A stretch of DNA of 64,000 nucleotides from an uncultured delta proteobacterium. GTDB taxonomy: Bacteria; Myxococcota_A; Polyangia; Haliangiales; Haliangiaceae. The notes beneath the pieces were generated by a model. It made no database searches and was not told the origin of the DNA. It saw only the letters and a program-made list of their open reading frames with translations. The DNA is taken from NCBI GenBank assembly GCA_963743525.1, contig CAVUQH010000003.1:800001-864000 (forward strand), written 5' to 3'. Shown here piece after piece: positions 62,136 through 64,000 of the stretch. How positions within the stretch are numbered: the first letter of the stretch is position 1; each line of letters begins with the position of its first letter. The position numbers and the translations under genes are program-made.

Positions 62136-63148
62136 ATGAAGAAGCTAGCGTCGTTGCTGTTCGTGTTGGTGGTGGGAGCCTGTGGCAGTAGCTCGAACAA
62201 TCCATCCAACGGCGCAGACGGCGGCGGAGCGGCGGCCCCGACGGGTCGGTCGACGGTGCGTACACCATCACCTGGGGACCGCGGACCATCCCGGCCGGGC
62301 AGGAAGACACGCTGTGCGTGATCAAGAAGCTCGACAACACCGGGCAGCTGCACATCGGCGCGATCCACAACGTGCTCGGCAGCGTGTCCCACCACTTCAT
62401 CGTCTACCGCGTGGCCGATCAGCCCGAGCAGCCGGATCCGTTCAAGTGCCAGCCGTTCACCGAGACGATCGATCCGACGAAGGGATCGCCGCTGATGATC
62501 ACGCAGAAGTTCGACGAGACCCTCACGCTGCCCCAGGGCGTGGCGTTCACCTTCGAGCCCAACCAGACCATTCGTCTCGAGCTGCACTTCATCAACACCA
62601 CCGACACCGATCAGGAAGAGACGGCGACCTCGACCTTCATTCCGATCGCCGACGGCGACTTCCAGTACGAGGCCGACTTCCTGTTCATCGGCAACCCGGA
62701 CATCACGCTGGCCCCCGGGCCGAACACCCTCGGCCCGACCTACTTCCCGCTGCCGACCGAGCTGGCCGGCTCCAACTTCTTCGCCCTGACCGGTCACGAG
62801 CACCAGTGGGGTACCAGCGTTACCGTGGCGACCACGACTGGCCCCTCGGGCGCGGACACCTCGGTGTACGACGTGCCCAACTTCAACTGGGACGAGCCGG
62901 CCACCGTCTACCACGATCCACCGTTCCAGGTGCCCGCGGGCGGAGGCTTCCGCTTCACCTGCGACTGGGACAACAAGAGCGGCACCACCGTGAATTTCGG
63001 CGAGAGCGCCAACGACGAGATGTGCTTCTTCTGGGCCTACTACTACCCCAGCAAGGGCGCCAAGGTGTGCGTGCACACCGATCAGATTGGCAGCTTCGAC
63101 CTGTGCTGTCCGGGCCCCGCGCTCTGCAGCCAGATCTTCGGCAACTGA
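62136..63148 (+). CDS. Copper type II (PHM/DBH-like) monooxygenase-fold lipoprotein, frameshift at about 62229
   Basis: VGAC lipobox; SHH, ELH, GHEH and DEMC copper-ligand motifs. Confidence 0.75.
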
Positions 63149-63282
63149 TCTAGCTCATCTTCGTGGATGCGGCGACGAGGGGAATCCCTCCGTCCCGACC
63201 AGTGGGCAACCGCATCTGCGTTCGTTCCGATAATTGGGGGCATACCGTCGCGGCGACATGGTAGTCGTCGCGACTCGCCCAC

Positions 63283-63640
63283 GTGATGGTGTGCTCCTGT
63301 CATCAGAAGGATCCCCTCTACTGCGATGAGGCGACCTCTTGTGAACAGGGCCACTCCGCCTGCGACCTTGCTGGCGTCTGCCCGGGCTCAGACTTCGTCA
63401 AAAACACCTGCATTCCCGGCAACGAGGTTTGCTGGGACGCAGGGCCTTCTTCAGTCGTCAACGGCGGGATGCCGGACGCGATGACGGTAGATGGTGGCCC
63501 GGCCAGCGTCAACGCAACAAACCTGACGAAGTCGGCGGTAGACGATGCCTATCCGACCTGGACCAACGACGGGAGGCTCATCTATCAGTACTATGCAGGC
63601 CAAACCGCTGGCTGGCCGCGCACCAGCGCTGATCGTTCGC
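63283..63640 (+). pseudogene. Truncated Cys-rich exported protein remnant with one PD40-like repeat
   Basis: Lower GC; in-frame TAG just upstream; NLTKSAVDDAYPTWTNDG, after which the frame runs into the convergent gene. Confidence 0.35.
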
Positions 63641-63641
63641 G

Positions 63642-64000
63642 CTACGAGCGGTACTCGCCCGGGTCGATGGCGAGGCGCTTGAGCAGGCGGTTGAAGTGGG
63701 CGCGTGAGTAGCCGGCCCGCCGCGCCGCCGCGCTGACGTTGCCGCCCTCCTGGCGCAGGGCGTCGACGATCGCCTCGCGCGTCGGCTCGCGCGCCGGTGC
63801 GGCCGCGGCCGCAGGCGCCGGCTTCGGCGCGGGGCCGGCGGTGACGGTGGCCGGCAGGTGGTCTTCCTTGATCGGCCCGTGTTCGCGGCCGGTGAGCGCC
63901 AGAGCCAGGGCGCTGCGCAGCTCGCGCACGTTGCGCGGCCAGTCGTAGGCGAACAGCAGGCGCATCGCCTTGCGGGTGAAGCGCACCGACGCGGCGTCGT
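63642..64000 (-). CDS. Sigma54-dependent enhancer-binding protein C-terminus (partial)
   Basis: YDWPRNVREL; Fis-type HTH GNVSAAARRAGYSR. Confidence 0.88.
   Translation of the reverse strand, partial: DAASVRFTRKAMRLLFAYDWPRNVRELRSALALALTGREHGPIKEDHLPATVTAGPAPKPAPAAAAAPAREPTREAIVDALRQEGGNVSAAARRAGYSRAHFNRLLKRLAIDPGEYRS

Overview
High-GC bacterial DNA (about 70% by eye). The gene content (Hanks kinases, MYXO-CTERM-like protease, Cys/Gly-rich lipoproteins, a giant TPR protein, sigma54 EBP) suggests Myxococcota, possibly Haliangium/Kofleria-like; this is inference. About 50 genes, with no rRNA, tRNA, CRISPR array or transposase recognised. 1-5.3 kb: a Ser/Thr kinase converges on an operon of ECF sigma, ZAS-like anti-sigma and an unusual ClpA/C-type unfoldase. 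That unfoldase has a dead PP2C domain in place of its N-domain and a degenerate cyclase-like C-terminus; it is the best candidate for an undescribed system. 5-32 kb: mixed metabolic, secreted and TPR genes. 32.5-60.5 kb: an interrupted Wzx/Wzy-type polysaccharide locus with TviB/TviC-like enzymes, a lyase-like protein, three GT4s, a priming transferase, two co-polymerases, two degenerate BY-kinases, an OM beta-barrel and an RsbW/STAS pair. Non-gene signals: (1) a GGGGACG-N-TC-N-T-W-AGTT repeat family that overlaps gene ends and brackets a kinase with a Cys-rich activation loop; (2) substitutions and frameshifts concentrated at GTCGAC, suggesting DNA methylation; (3) many apparently leaderless genes; (4) a perfect 64-bp tandem duplication. 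Six genes carry single-base frameshifts that are probably sequencing errors.
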